A stretch of DNA of 64,000 nt from Alphaproteobacteria bacterium (lineage in GTDB: Bacteria > Pseudomonadota > Alphaproteobacteria > UBA828), in assembly GCA_963667785.2 (NCBI GenBank), contig CAXXMU010000008.1, forward strand, positions 1 through 64,000, given 5' to 3'. The translations under genes and the position numbers were made by a program. Positions 9,573 through 19,725 of the stretch are shown here, one piece after another. The first letter of the stretch is position 1. The number at the start of each line of letters is the position of its first letter. The notes below the pieces were generated by a model that worked only from the letters and a program-made list of their open reading frames with translations, was not told where the DNA came from and made no database searches.

Positions 9573-11072
9573 ATGTCCGCGATGCTCGAGCGCTCCGACT
9601 GGTACGATATCGCGCGGGATACCAACTGGACGCCCTCCTACGTCGAGCGGGACGAGCTCTTCCCGCCCGAGATGGGCGATCCCTACGATATCCCGCTCGC
9701 GGAATGGGAGACCTTCGACGAGCCCTACAAGGTCTCGTACCGCGAATACGTGAACATCCAGCGCGAGAAGGATTCGGCGGCCTATTCGGTGAAGGCGGCG
9801 CTGGCGCGGTCGAAGTTCTACGACAAGGCGGACGAGGGCTGGGCCAGCGTGCTCAAGCTGCACTACGGCGCGGTGGCGCTCACCGAGTATCAGGCCTGCC
9901 AGTTCCAGGCGCGGATGTCGCGCTTCGGCCCGTCGCCGGCGATGCGCAACATGTCGGTCTACGGCATGCTCGACGAGCTGCGGCACACCCAGCTTCAGCT
10001 CTTCTTCCCGCACGAGCTGGTGCACCTGGACCGCCAGTACGACTGGGCGCACGAGGCCCAGCACTCAAAGAACTGGGCGGTGCTCGGCGGCCGCCACGCG
10101 ATGGACGACATCATGATGACCCGCGACGCGATCACGTCGTCGGTGATGGTCTCCTTCGCGTTCGAGACGGCGCTCACCAACCTGCAGATGATCGGCCTCT
10201 CGACCGATGCCGCCAACATGGGCGATCACACCTTCGCCAACCTCATCACCAGCATCCAGTCCGACGAGGCCCGCCACGCCCAGCTCGGCACGCCCACCAT
10301 CGAGATCATGATCCGCAACGGCCGCAAGAAGGAAGCGCAGCAGGCCATGGACATCGCGCTCTGGCGCGTGTGGCGGCTCTTCTCGATCACCGTCGGCATC
10401 CCGATGGACTACTACATCCCGCTCGAGCAGCGGCACATGTCCTTCAAGGAGTTCATGCACGAGTGGGTGATCAACCAGTGGGAGCGGCAGGTGCAGGACC
10501 TTGGCCTGGAGCGGCCGTGGTACTGGGACATCTTCCTCCTCGACATCGACAACCACCATCACTGCCAGCAGGGCGGCATATGGTCCTGGCGGCCGACGGT
10601 GTGGTGGAACCCGCCGGGCGCGGTCGGGCCCGATGAGCGCGCCTGGCTCGAGGAGAAGTATCCCGGCTGGAACGAGAGCTACGGCTCCTACTGGGACGTG
10701 ATCACCAACAACCTGCTCCAGGGGCACGAGGAGAAGACCCACCCGCAGTGCATCCCGATCATCTGCAACATGTGCCAGATCCCGATCTCGCACCGGCCGG
10801 GCCCCGAGTGGGGCGCGCGGGCCTATCAGCGCGAGTACGGCGAGCGGCGCTACAACTTCTGCACCGAGGTGTGCCGCTGGATCTTCGATACCGACCCGGA
10901 GCGCTACAAGGACCACGAGACCATCGTGGACCGCATGTATTCCGGCGAGATCGACCCGCCGACGCTGGAGAACGTGCTCACCTACATGGGCATCGGCGTC
11001 ATCAGCGAGGGCGGCCGCGACGGCCACGACTACGGCTGGGTCGAGGGTTTCCGGGCGCAGGCGGCGGAATAG
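9573..11072 (+). CDS. tmoA: Soluble di-iron monooxygenase hydroxylase alpha subunit (toluene/alkene monooxygenase group; TmoA/TouA-like) with C-terminal YHS-like domain
   Basis: N-terminus DWYDIARDTNWTPSYV, di-iron motifs DELRH and DEARH, FET..TN, WLEEKYPGW; GGGAGG RBS before ATG 9573. Confidence 0.93.
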   Translation: MSAMLERSDWYDIARDTNWTPSYVERDELFPPEMGDPYDIPLAEWETFDEPYKVSYREYVNIQREKDSAAYSVKAALARSKFYDKADEGWASVLKLHYGAVALTEYQACQFQARMSRFGPSPAMRNMSVYGMLDELRHTQLQLFFPHELVHLDRQYDWAHEAQHSKNWAVLGGRHAMDDIMMTRDAITSSVMVSFAFETALTNLQMIGLSTDAANMGDHTFANLITSIQSDEARHAQLGTPTIEIMIRNGRKKEAQQAMDIALWRVWRLFSITVGIPMDYYIPLEQRHMSFKEFMHEWVINQWERQVQDLGLERPWYWDIFLLDIDNHHHCQQGGIWSWRPTVWWNPPGAVGPDERAWLEEKYPGWNESYGSYWDVITNNLLQGHEEKTHPQCIPIICNMCQIPISHRPGPEWGARAYQREYGERRYNFCTEVCRWIFDTDPERYKDHETIVDRMYSGEIDPPTLENVLTYMGIGVISEGGRDGHDYGWVEGFRAQAAE

Positions 11073-11105
11073 CCGGGCGACACACACCTCGCTGTCGAGA
11101 GCGGC

Positions 11106-11369
11106 ATGAGCGCGTTCCCCATCCTCTCGCGCTTCCAGCAGGACGCGCACATCAAGACGGTCGAGATCGAGCCCGGCCAGACCATGGACGAGGTGGCGGC
11201 GACCTGCGCCTTCCACTCGATCGGCCTTCACGTGGCGGACAAGCCGGGCAGGACGCTCCGCGTGCGGCCGACCACCGAGGACGATTCGGCCCCGCCCTGG
11301 CCGCGCGATCTCACCGCGCAGGAAGCCGGGATCGAGTTCTACGACTGCATCGACATCTACTTCGAGTAA
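11106..11369 (+). CDS. tmoB: Monooxygenase hydroxylase gamma subunit (TmoB-like)
   Basis: 87 aa, MSAFPI.S.F..D, TMDEVAA..A.HSIG..V; second position in the cluster. Confidence 0.88.
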   Translation: MSAFPILSRFQQDAHIKTVEIEPGQTMDEVAATCAFHSIGLHVADKPGRTLRVRPTTEDDSAPPWPRDLTAQEAGIEFYDCIDIYFE

Positions 11370-11413
11370 CCCCAGCCCGGGCCGGCTCGGCCACGGGGAG
11401 GAGCGATCGATAC

Positions 11414-11749
11414 ATGGCGTTCAAGAAGGCCTGCACGCTGGACGATATCTGGGAAGGCGACATGGAGACCTTCGAGGTGGACGGCACCGAGGTGCTGCTG
11501 GTCCACGTCAAGGACGAGGGCATCTTCGCGCTCCAGGCGCAGTGCCCGCATCAGGAGGTCGACCTCGTCGACGGCGATCTCGACGGCCGGGTGCTGACCT
11601 GCATGATGCATCTCTGGGAGTTCGACGTGGTGGCGGGCAAGGGGGTGAACCCCTCCCATGCGGAGATCGCCCAGTATCCGGTCAAGATCGACGGCGACGA
11701 CGTCTATGTCGATGTCGAGGGCATCGAGCCCAAGCATGCCCAGCCCTAG
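11414..11749 (+). CDS. tmoC: Rieske [2Fe-2S] ferredoxin (TmoC-like)
   Basis: MAFKKACTLDDIWEGDM, CPH and CMMH ligands, GKGVNP; GGAGGAG RBS. Confidence 0.93.
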   Translation: MAFKKACTLDDIWEGDMETFEVDGTEVLLVHVKDEGIFALQAQCPHQEVDLVDGDLDGRVLTCMMHLWEFDVVAGKGVNPSHAEIAQYPVKIDGDDVYVDVEGIEPKHAQP

Positions 11750-11787
11750 CCCAGATTTTCGCCACGGGCGCGGCGGAGGAGGCGGCG

Positions 11788-12093
11788 ATGAGCGGTGATG
11801 GCGTGGCGCGCAACAATGCGGTCGGCCCGGTGCTGCGCGCGGGCGAGGTTGCCGACGCCGTGGTCGAGGCCCTGCAGGAGGACAACCCCGGCAAGGAGTT
11901 CACGGTCGAGGATCGCGTGGCCTACGTCCGGGCCGAGACCGAGGGCGAGTGCGTGGTGCGGGCCGAGACCGTCTCGCGGGTGCTCGGCCGGCCGTTCCGC
12001 ATCGCCGAGCTCGAGGTGAATCTCACCTCCTTCTCGGGCCGGATCGAGACCACCGACGACACCATGCGCTTCTACTTCGAGAAGCGGCTGTAG
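11788..12093 (+). CDS. tmoD: Monooxygenase effector/coupling protein (TmoD/MmoB-DmpM family)
   Basis: NAVGPVLRAGE, EDNPGK, DRVAYVR, LGRPF, SFSGRIE. Confidence 0.92.
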   Translation: MSGDGVARNNAVGPVLRAGEVADAVVEALQEDNPGKEFTVEDRVAYVRAETEGECVVRAETVSRVLGRPFRIAELEVNLTSFSGRIETTDDTMRFYFEKRL

Positions 12094-12140
12094 CGCGGTA
12101 TCGGGGCAAGGCGTTGGCGCGTGAGGGCGACGGCGGCCCG

Positions 12141-12413
12141 GTGCAGGCCGCGATCCGGCGCAAGCTGAGCGAGGCGCTCGCGCCGACCCGCCTCGACATC
12201 GTGGACGACTCGGCGCGCCATGCCGGCCATGTCGGCGCCAGGCCAGAAGGCGAGACCCACTTCAACGTCGAGATCGTGTCTACGCGCTTCGCAGGCCTGT
12301 CCCGCGTCGCCCGGCAGCGGCTCGTCTACGGCGTCCTCGCCGACGAGCTCCGCACGGACGTCCACGCGCTCGCGCTCAAGACCGCCACGCCGGAAGAGGA
12401 CGGCGGCGGTTAG
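12141..12413 (+). CDS. bolA: BolA family protein (alternative start TTG 12114)
   Basis: DDSARHAGH, ETHF, FAGLSRVARQRLVY, VHALAL. Confidence 0.9.
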   Translation: MQAAIRRKLSEALAPTRLDIVDDSARHAGHVGARPEGETHFNVEIVSTRFAGLSRVARQRLVYGVLADELRTDVHALALKTATPEEDGGG

Positions 12414-12641
12414 AGCAAATTCTGACCGGACGGGGTCGCGTCCGGTTGTCGCACGCTCCCCCGTTCGCATGCTGTGCGGCTGAAGATTCCCCCACCTCAC
12501 CCCGGCCCTCTCCACCCCCGGGGGCGGAGAGGGAGAGAAGGCGGCGCCGTCACGTTCCCCCTCCGCCTTTGGGGGAGGGGGACAGGGGGAGGTGGGAGTC
12601 GTTCGGCTTGTCGTGACCCGGTACGGTCGGATACTGCACTA
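12411..12641. mobile_element. MITE-like palindromic repeat, family A copy 1 (~231 bp)
   Basis: Imperfect ~30-bp terminal inverted repeats (TAGAGCA...TGCACTA), internal CCTCACCCCGGCCCTCTCC...GGAGAGGG hairpins; near-identical core at 18330-18561. Confidence 0.8.
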
Positions 12642-12653
12642 TCTAGCCTGGGC

Positions 12654-13586
12654 TCAGCCTGCGGCCATCAGTGCTTCGACATGGGTTGCGACGCTCCTGC
12701 CGAGCGCCCGCAGGTCGTAGCCGCCTTCGAGGGTCGAGACGACGCGGCCCGCGCAGGACTCGCCCGCGAGCCGGGTGAGCTCCGTCGTGATCCACGCATA
12801 GTCCTCCTCGAGAAGCTCGAGGTTCGCCAGCGGATCGTCCCGGTGCGCGTCGAAGCCGGCCGAGATCAGGATTAGCTCCGGCCGATGCGCGCGGAGCGCC
12901 GGCAGCAGGCGGCTCTCCATCGCGTCGCGGAAGCCGGCGGACCCCGTGCCTGCCGAGAGCGGCGCGTTGACGATGTTGCCCACGCCCGTCTCGGATGCTG
13001 CGCCCGTTCCCGGATAGAGCGGCGACTGGTGGGTCGAGCCGAAGAAGAGATCGCCGTCGCGTTCGAACGCGGCCTGGGTGCCGTTGCCGTGATGGACGTC
13101 GAAATCGACCACGGCGATGCGCGTGAGCCCGTGGGCGCGCCTGGCCCGCTCGGCGCCGATCACCACGTTGTTGAAGAGGCAGAAGCCCATCGGCCGGCGC
13201 GGCTCGGCATGGTGACCGGGAGGGCGCACCGCGCAGAAGGCGTTGTCCGCCTCGCCGCCGACCACCGCATCCACCGCGGCTGCCACCGCGCCGGCCGCGC
13301 GCTGCGCCGCCTCGCCCGAGGCGGGCGACATCACCGTGTCCGCGTCGATCGCCACCCGTCCGTCGTCCGGTACGTGGGCGAGGATGGAGTCCACCAGGCT
13401 CCTCTCGTGCGCCCAGGCGAGCATGTCGGGCGTGCCGGGCGGCGCCTCGCGGCGCTCCAGGCCCTCGAAGGCGTCGGCGGCCAGCGCGTCCTCGATCGCC
13501 TGCAGCCGCGTGCCGGCCTCCGGATGGCGCGCGCCGGGGTCGTGGGCGGCGCACACGGGATGGCTAAAATGGAGCGTCTTCGCCAC
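12654..13586 (-). CDS. Histone deacetylase family amidohydrolase
   Basis: HPE, RPPGHHA, GFCLFNN, DFDVHHGNGT, SAGFDAH, LEGGY; GTG start. Confidence 0.93.
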   Translation of the reverse strand: MAKTLHFSHPVCAAHDPGARHPEAGTRLQAIEDALAADAFEGLERREAPPGTPDMLAWAHERSLVDSILAHVPDDGRVAIDADTVMSPASGEAAQRAAGAVAAAVDAVVGGEADNAFCAVRPPGHHAEPRRPMGFCLFNNVVIGAERARRAHGLTRIAVVDFDVHHGNGTQAAFERDGDLFFGSTHQSPLYPGTGAASETGVGNIVNAPLSAGTGSAGFRDAMESRLLPALRAHRPELILISAGFDAHRDDPLANLELLEEDYAWITTELTRLAGESCAGRVVSTLEGGYDLRALGRSVATHVEALMAAG

Positions 13587-13725
13587 GGCTTCTTCCCCTT
13601 TGCACGAGGGTAGCACGCCAGTGGCCGGGGCGTGGAGGCGCCATCCTGCCGCTTCCCGTGCATTGGGGCTGGACGCGCGCCCGAATATGGCCACATTGGC
13701 GTCTGAGGATTCGATGGAGAGACCG

Positions 13726-15111
<1,386 letters not shown>

Positions 15112-15171
15112 TCGCGGACGGGCGCCGCTGCGCCGCCGCGCCCCGCTCCGCCCCGCGTCCGGCAGTACCGC

Positions 15172-15939
15172 CTAGGCGGTGATGCGCATCCGGATGGGGC
15201 CCTGGGCGCGCTGGTTGATGAGCTGATCCAGGTGGGCGTTGCCGCTGGCGTCGATGTCGCCCGCCGCTCCCTGCCAGAGGATCGCGCCCTCGTGCAGCAT
15301 GGCGAGCCGGTCGAAGCCGCGCCGCGCGACCGCCATGTCGCTCGTTACCGTGAGCGCGGTGGCGCCGCTCCGCTCGATCGCGCTGCGGATAAGCGCAACG
15401 ATCGTGCCGGTCAGGATCGGATCGAGGCCGGCCGTCGGGTCGTCGAGCACGAGGAAGCGCGGCTCGGCGGCGATCGCGCGCCCGAGCGCGACGCGCTTCT
15501 GCATGCCGCCGGAAAGCTCGGCCGGCGAGAGGTCGGCGACATCGGACTTCAGGCCGACGGAGGCCAGGACCTCGAGCGCGCGGCCCCGCGCAGGCCGTCG
15601 GCCCATCCCCTGGCCGTGGATCAGGGTGAAGGCCACGTTCTCCCAGACGCTCAGGCTGTCGAAGAGCGCGTTCTGCTGGAACAGTACGCCGACGTCGCGC
15701 ATCAGGCGCTCGAGCCCGCCCGCATCGAGGTCCGCGATGTCGGCATCGCCGAAGCGGACTTGGCCGGCATCCATCGGCAGCAGGCCGAGCAGGCACTTCA
15801 GCAGGACCGACTTGCCGCTCGATGACGGGCCGACCAGGACGGTCGACCGGCCTCCCGGCACGTCGAGGTCGGCGCCTCGCAGCACGGCCTTTCCGTCGAA
15901 GCGCTTGACCACGCCGCGCGCCGTGACCGTAATGCTCAT
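15172..15939 (-). CDS. MlaF/Ttg2A-like ABC ATP-binding protein with degenerate catalytic motifs
   Basis: GPSSSGKS, LFQQNALFDSL, LSGGMQKRVAL; Walker B reads LDDPT and H-loop reads VTSD. Confidence 0.85.
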   Translation of the reverse strand: MSITVTARGVVKRFDGKAVLRGADLDVPGGRSTVLVGPSSSGKSVLLKCLLGLLPMDAGQVRFGDADIADLDAGGLERLMRDVGVLFQQNALFDSLSVWENVAFTLIHGQGMGRRPARGRALEVLASVGLKSDVADLSPAELSGGMQKRVALGRAIAAEPRFLVLDDPTAGLDPILTGTIVALIRSAIERSGATALTVTSDMAVARRGFDRLAMLHEGAILWQGAAGDIDASGNAHLDQLINQRAQGPIRMRITA

Positions 15940-16036
15940 GGGCCGTCTCTAGCGCGGCCCGCGCCTGCTGGCAAAGCCGAATCGCCCCACCGGCGGAGGC
16001 CGGCACCCTGCCGAAGAGCGAGCGAGGGCTCGATCC

Positions 16037-17302
16037 ATGTCTGACGACACGCTGCTCGAACGCCGGCACCGGCTGCTCGGCGCCGGCGCGCCGCTCTTCT
16101 ACGACCGGCCGCTTCATCTGGTGCAGGGGGAGGGGGTGCGCGTCTGGGACAGCGACGGCCGGGTCTATCTCGACGCCTACAACAACGTGCCCCATGTCGG
16201 CCACTGTCATCCCCACGTGGTGGAGGCGCTCGCGGATCAGGCCGGGAGGCTCAACCTCTCCACCCGCTACCTGGACGGGCGCATCCTCGACTACGGCGAG
16301 GCGCTCACCGGCACCTTCGACGAGAGCCTTTCCCGCGTCTCGCTCACCTGCTCGGGCACCGAGGCGAGCGAGCTCGCGCTCAGGATCGCGCGGGCGTGCA
16401 CGGGCAACGACGGCGTCATCGTCACGGACTTCTGCTACCACGGCAATTCGGCGGTGGTGGCCGCGCTCTGCACCGCGTTCGAGATGCCCGAGGGCGTCGA
16501 CCCCAGGGTCCGCACGATCAGGGTGCCCGAGGCGGACGACGACGCCGATCTGGCGGCGGCCGAGGTCGAGGCGGCCATCGCCTCGCTGGCCGAGGCCGGC
16601 ATGAGACCTGCGGCGATCTTCTTCGACACGATCTTCGCCACCGAGGGCATGCCGGCGGTGCCGCCTGGCTATGTCGAGCGGGCGGTGGCGCTCACCCGCG
16701 CGGCCGGCGGCCTCTACGTCGCCGACGAGGTGCAGCCGGGCCTCGGCCGCACCGGCGCCGCGATGTGGGGGCACCAGCTCTACGACGCGGTGCCGGACCT
16801 CGTGACCCTCGGCAAGCCGCTCGGCAACGGCCACCCGCTGGCGGGCGTCGTCGCGCGCCCGGCGCTGATCGACGGCTTCGCGGCCAAGGCTATGTATTTC
16901 AACACCTTCGGCGGCAATCCGGTCTCCTGCGCCGTAGGCCATGCGGTGCTGGAGGTGATCGAGCGGGAAAGCCTCATGGAGAACGCGCGCAGGGTCGGCG
17001 AGCACTTGCGGACGGGGCTTGCGGCGCTCGCCCAGCGGCACGCCACGATCGGCGCGCCGCGCGGGCGGGGGTTCTTCGCGGGCGTGCCGTTCCTCGCGGA
17101 CGGCGATCCCGAGAGGCCCGCACCGGCGGCGGCCAAGGCCGCGGTGAACGGGATGCGCGAGCGCGGCGTGCTCATCAGCCGCACCGGCCGGCACGACCAC
17201 GTGCTCAAGATCCGCCCGCCGATGCCCTTCTCGGCCGCCGATGCCGATCAGCTTCTCGCCGCCCTCGACGAGACGCTGGAGTCCCTCGAGCAGCCCGCGT
17301 GA
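16037..17302 (+). CDS. Class III PLP-dependent aminotransferase / phospho-lyase (AGXT2L/PHYKPL-like)
   Basis: YLDAYNNVPHVGHCHP, ADEVQPG, LGKPLGNGHP, YFNTFGGNPVSCA, LKIRPPM. Confidence 0.9.
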   Translation: MSDDTLLERRHRLLGAGAPLFYDRPLHLVQGEGVRVWDSDGRVYLDAYNNVPHVGHCHPHVVEALADQAGRLNLSTRYLDGRILDYGEALTGTFDESLSRVSLTCSGTEASELALRIARACTGNDGVIVTDFCYHGNSAVVAALCTAFEMPEGVDPRVRTIRVPEADDDADLAAAEVEAAIASLAEAGMRPAAIFFDTIFATEGMPAVPPGYVERAVALTRAAGGLYVADEVQPGLGRTGAAMWGHQLYDAVPDLVTLGKPLGNGHPLAGVVARPALIDGFAAKAMYFNTFGGNPVSCAVGHAVLEVIERESLMENARRVGEHLRTGLAALAQRHATIGAPRGRGFFAGVPFLADGDPERPAPAAAKAAVNGMRERGVLISRTGRHDHVLKIRPPMPFSAADADQLLAALDETLESLEQPA

Positions 17303-17312
17303 CCCGGCGGCC

Positions 17313-18332
17313 GTGACCGACTTCTACCGTCTGCCGCTGGCCGAGCGGGCCGAGCGCCTGCGCGCCCTCGCCACCGAAGCGCTCGTCCGCTGGGGAGTGA
17401 CGGGCTGCACGCCCGAGATCGTCAAGGTTCGGGAGAACGCCGTCTTCCGCGTGCGCGCCGCGGACGGGCGGGAGGCGGCGCTCCGCGTCCACCGCCACGG
17501 CTACCACAGCGACGCGGCGCTCGGCTCGGAGCTGGCCTGGACAGAGAGTCTGCGCGAGGCCGGCATCGACGTGCCGGCGGTGATCCCGAGCGCCGCAGGC
17601 GCGCCGTTCGAGAGGGTCGAGGCGGCGGGTGTGCCGGAGCCGCGCCAGGTGGACATGCTCGGCTGGATGCCCGGCATCCCCATCGGCACTCTCGAGGACG
17701 GGCTGAACCCGGCGATCGCGGACACGCACGCAGCCTTTGCCGGAGTCGGCCGGCTCCTCGCGCGGCTCCACGATCAGGCCGATGCCTGGCCGCGGCCGGC
17801 GGGCTTCATCCGCCATGCCTGGGACCGCGACGGGCTGGTGGGCCCGGATCCGCTCTGGGGCCGGTTCTGGGAGGCCGCCGTGCTGGATGCCGGGGAGCGC
17901 CGCCTGATCGAGCGCGCGCGTGCGCGGGCGCACCGGGCGCTCACTGGCTGCGGGCACGCGCCCGGGCGCTACGGCCTGATCCACGCCGATTGCAACCTCG
18001 ACAACATGCTGCTCGACGGCGATCGGGTCGTCATCCTCGACTTCGACGACTGCGGCTTCGGCTGGCACCTGTTCGACCTCGCGACGGTCTGGACGATGTT
18101 CATCGGCACCGCGCTCGCCGATGAGATTCGCGCGGGCGTCGTCGAGGGCTACCGCCAGGTGCGCGCCCTGCCCGACGAGGCGCTCGCGCAGATGCCGCTC
18201 TTCGAGCTGGTGCGTGCGTTCAGCTACCTGGGCTGGGTCCACACCCGCTCGGAAACCGAGAGCGCGCAGAGCCTCGCGCCTGACATAGCCGCGCTCGCCT
18301 GCAGCCTCGCGGAAGAGTACCTGCGCGGCTAG
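17313..18332 (+). CDS. APH/choline-kinase-fold phosphotransferase (type II homoserine kinase / hydroxylysine kinase-like)
   Basis: RENAVFRV, LRVHR, Brenner motif IHADCNLDN, LDFDD. Confidence 0.88.
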   Translation: MTDFYRLPLAERAERLRALATEALVRWGVTGCTPEIVKVRENAVFRVRAADGREAALRVHRHGYHSDAALGSELAWTESLREAGIDVPAVIPSAAGAPFERVEAAGVPEPRQVDMLGWMPGIPIGTLEDGLNPAIADTHAAFAGVGRLLARLHDQADAWPRPAGFIRHAWDRDGLVGPDPLWGRFWEAAVLDAGERRLIERARARAHRALTGCGHAPGRYGLIHADCNLDNMLLDGDRVVILDFDDCGFGWHLFDLATVWTMFIGTALADEIRAGVVEGYRQVRALPDEALAQMPLFELVRAFSYLGWVHTRSETESAQSLAPDIAALACSLAEEYLRG

Positions 18333-18561
18333 AGCGCATCCGTACTTGGCGAATTCACGGCCGGTTCCCGCGCGTCCACCTGCTTGCATGCAGTGCGGCC
18401 CGGACACCCCCACCTCACCCCGACCCTCTCCGCCCCCAGGGGCGGGGAGGGAGCAACGGGCGGCGCCGCTTGCGTTCCCCCTCCGCCTTCGGGGGAGGGG
18501 GACAGGGGGAGGTGGGAGTCGCTCGGGCTGTCGTGACCCGGTGTGGTCGGATAGTGCTCTG
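18330..18561. mobile_element. MITE-like palindromic repeat, family A copy 2 (~232 bp)
   Basis: Starts TAGAGC and ends TGCTCT; shares CCCACCTCACCCC...GGGGGAGGGGGACAGGGGGAGGTGGGAGTCG...TGTCGTGACCCGGT with copy 1. Confidence 0.8.
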
Positions 18562-18575
18562 GCCGCGAGGCGGGG

Positions 18576-19691
18576 CTACGGGAAGAGGGTGAGCACGCCG
18601 GTATAGCCGTAGAGCCGGTTATGCGAGATCTCGCCGTTGCAGAAGAAGCCCACCAGCGGCACGTCGCCCAGCGCCCGCTCGATCAGCCTGAGCTCGCGGG
18701 AGGCCTCGCCGAACATGTTGGGGCCGCGCGCGAGGCAGCTGAAGTAGAGCCCGCCGCGCGCATCGCCGCCGGCGCGACGCTTCACCGCGCCGACCATGCG
18801 GTCCAGGTCCTGCGCGGCGGCCTCGGCATCGCGCCGGCAGAACTGCACCAGGGCGCCGCGCTCGACCAGCTCGCCGATTCCGACCAGTCCCCGGTCGACG
18901 TCGAAGCCGACGATGTTGCGGACCAGGTAGTCGCCGGTGTCGCTGCCGGAGACGGGCAGCGACGCGAAGATGAGACCGCCCACCTTGCGCAGGTCGGCGG
19001 CGAGCTCGTCGCCGATCTCCTCCTTGAAGACGTCGAGCGCGGGCCGCCCGTCGAGCTCGATGAGGATGTTGGCCTGGCAGTCGGTGATCTCGTGGCTCGC
19101 GCCGATCGGCATGCAGCTCTGGCTGAGCGCGGTGGCGACGGCGACGGTCTCAGACAGCAGCGCGCCGGAGACCCCGCCCTCGGTGACTCCGCCGGCGATC
19201 TGCGCGGGCACCGCACGCGACGACGAGAGGCCGCCCACGAGGAAGCCGTCCAGCTCGTCGGCGAGGTCGGCGACGATGTCGGCCGTGCGCTGGTTGCGCG
19301 GGTCCGCGTGGACGATCCCGAAGCGGGCGGGCGCGCGGGCGATCCAGGCGCCGTTGTCGCGGCTGAACTCGCCGAGATCGTCGCGGATCGTCTCGAAGAC
19401 CCGGTAGCTCTGCTGGTCGAGGTCGGCAATCATGACGGCCGCCGCGGGCTCGTCGAAATACTCGTGCCCGGTGGCGCAGATGCCGATGCCCACCGAGCCG
19501 ATCCACTCGTCGATGCCGGTTGCGCGCTTGAGCCGGGTGAGCGCGTCCGGCAGCCGGTCGCCGATCGCATCGGTGACGTAGAGCATCCCGAGCCCCTGCC
19601 CCGGCGGGGTCGGCTCCAGCTTCGCGATGCAGGCCTCGATGGCGGCGTCGGCGGTCGCGCCGCCGGCGTGAGCGTTCTGAAAGCGCGTCAT
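18576..19691 (-). CDS. FIST signal-transduction domain protein
   Basis: LVGGLSS, SQSCMPIG, ELDGRPAL, YLVRNIVG, YFSCLARG, GFFCNGEI, YGYTGVL. Confidence 0.92.
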   Translation of the reverse strand: MTRFQNAHAGGATADAAIEACIAKLEPTPPGQGLGMLYVTDAIGDRLPDALTRLKRATGIDEWIGSVGIGICATGHEYFDEPAAAVMIADLDQQSYRVFETIRDDLGEFSRDNGAWIARAPARFGIVHADPRNQRTADIVADLADELDGFLVGGLSSSRAVPAQIAGGVTEGGVSGALLSETVAVATALSQSCMPIGASHEITDCQANILIELDGRPALDVFKEEIGDELAADLRKVGGLIFASLPVSGSDTGDYLVRNIVGFDVDRGLVGIGELVERGALVQFCRRDAEAAAQDLDRMVGAVKRRAGGDARGGLYFSCLARGPNMFGEASRELRLIERALGDVPLVGFFCNGEISHNRLYGYTGVLTLFP

Positions 19692-19725
19692 CCTCTGCGT
19701 CCCGGTTCCCCCGGCTATGGTGCGC

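Noticed and set aside
12094-13586. Possible hidden or frameshifted tmoE/tmoF after tmoD
   Set aside because: The space is fully explained by bolA, a MITE and the convergent deacetylase; no beta-subunit or reductase motifs in any listed frame.
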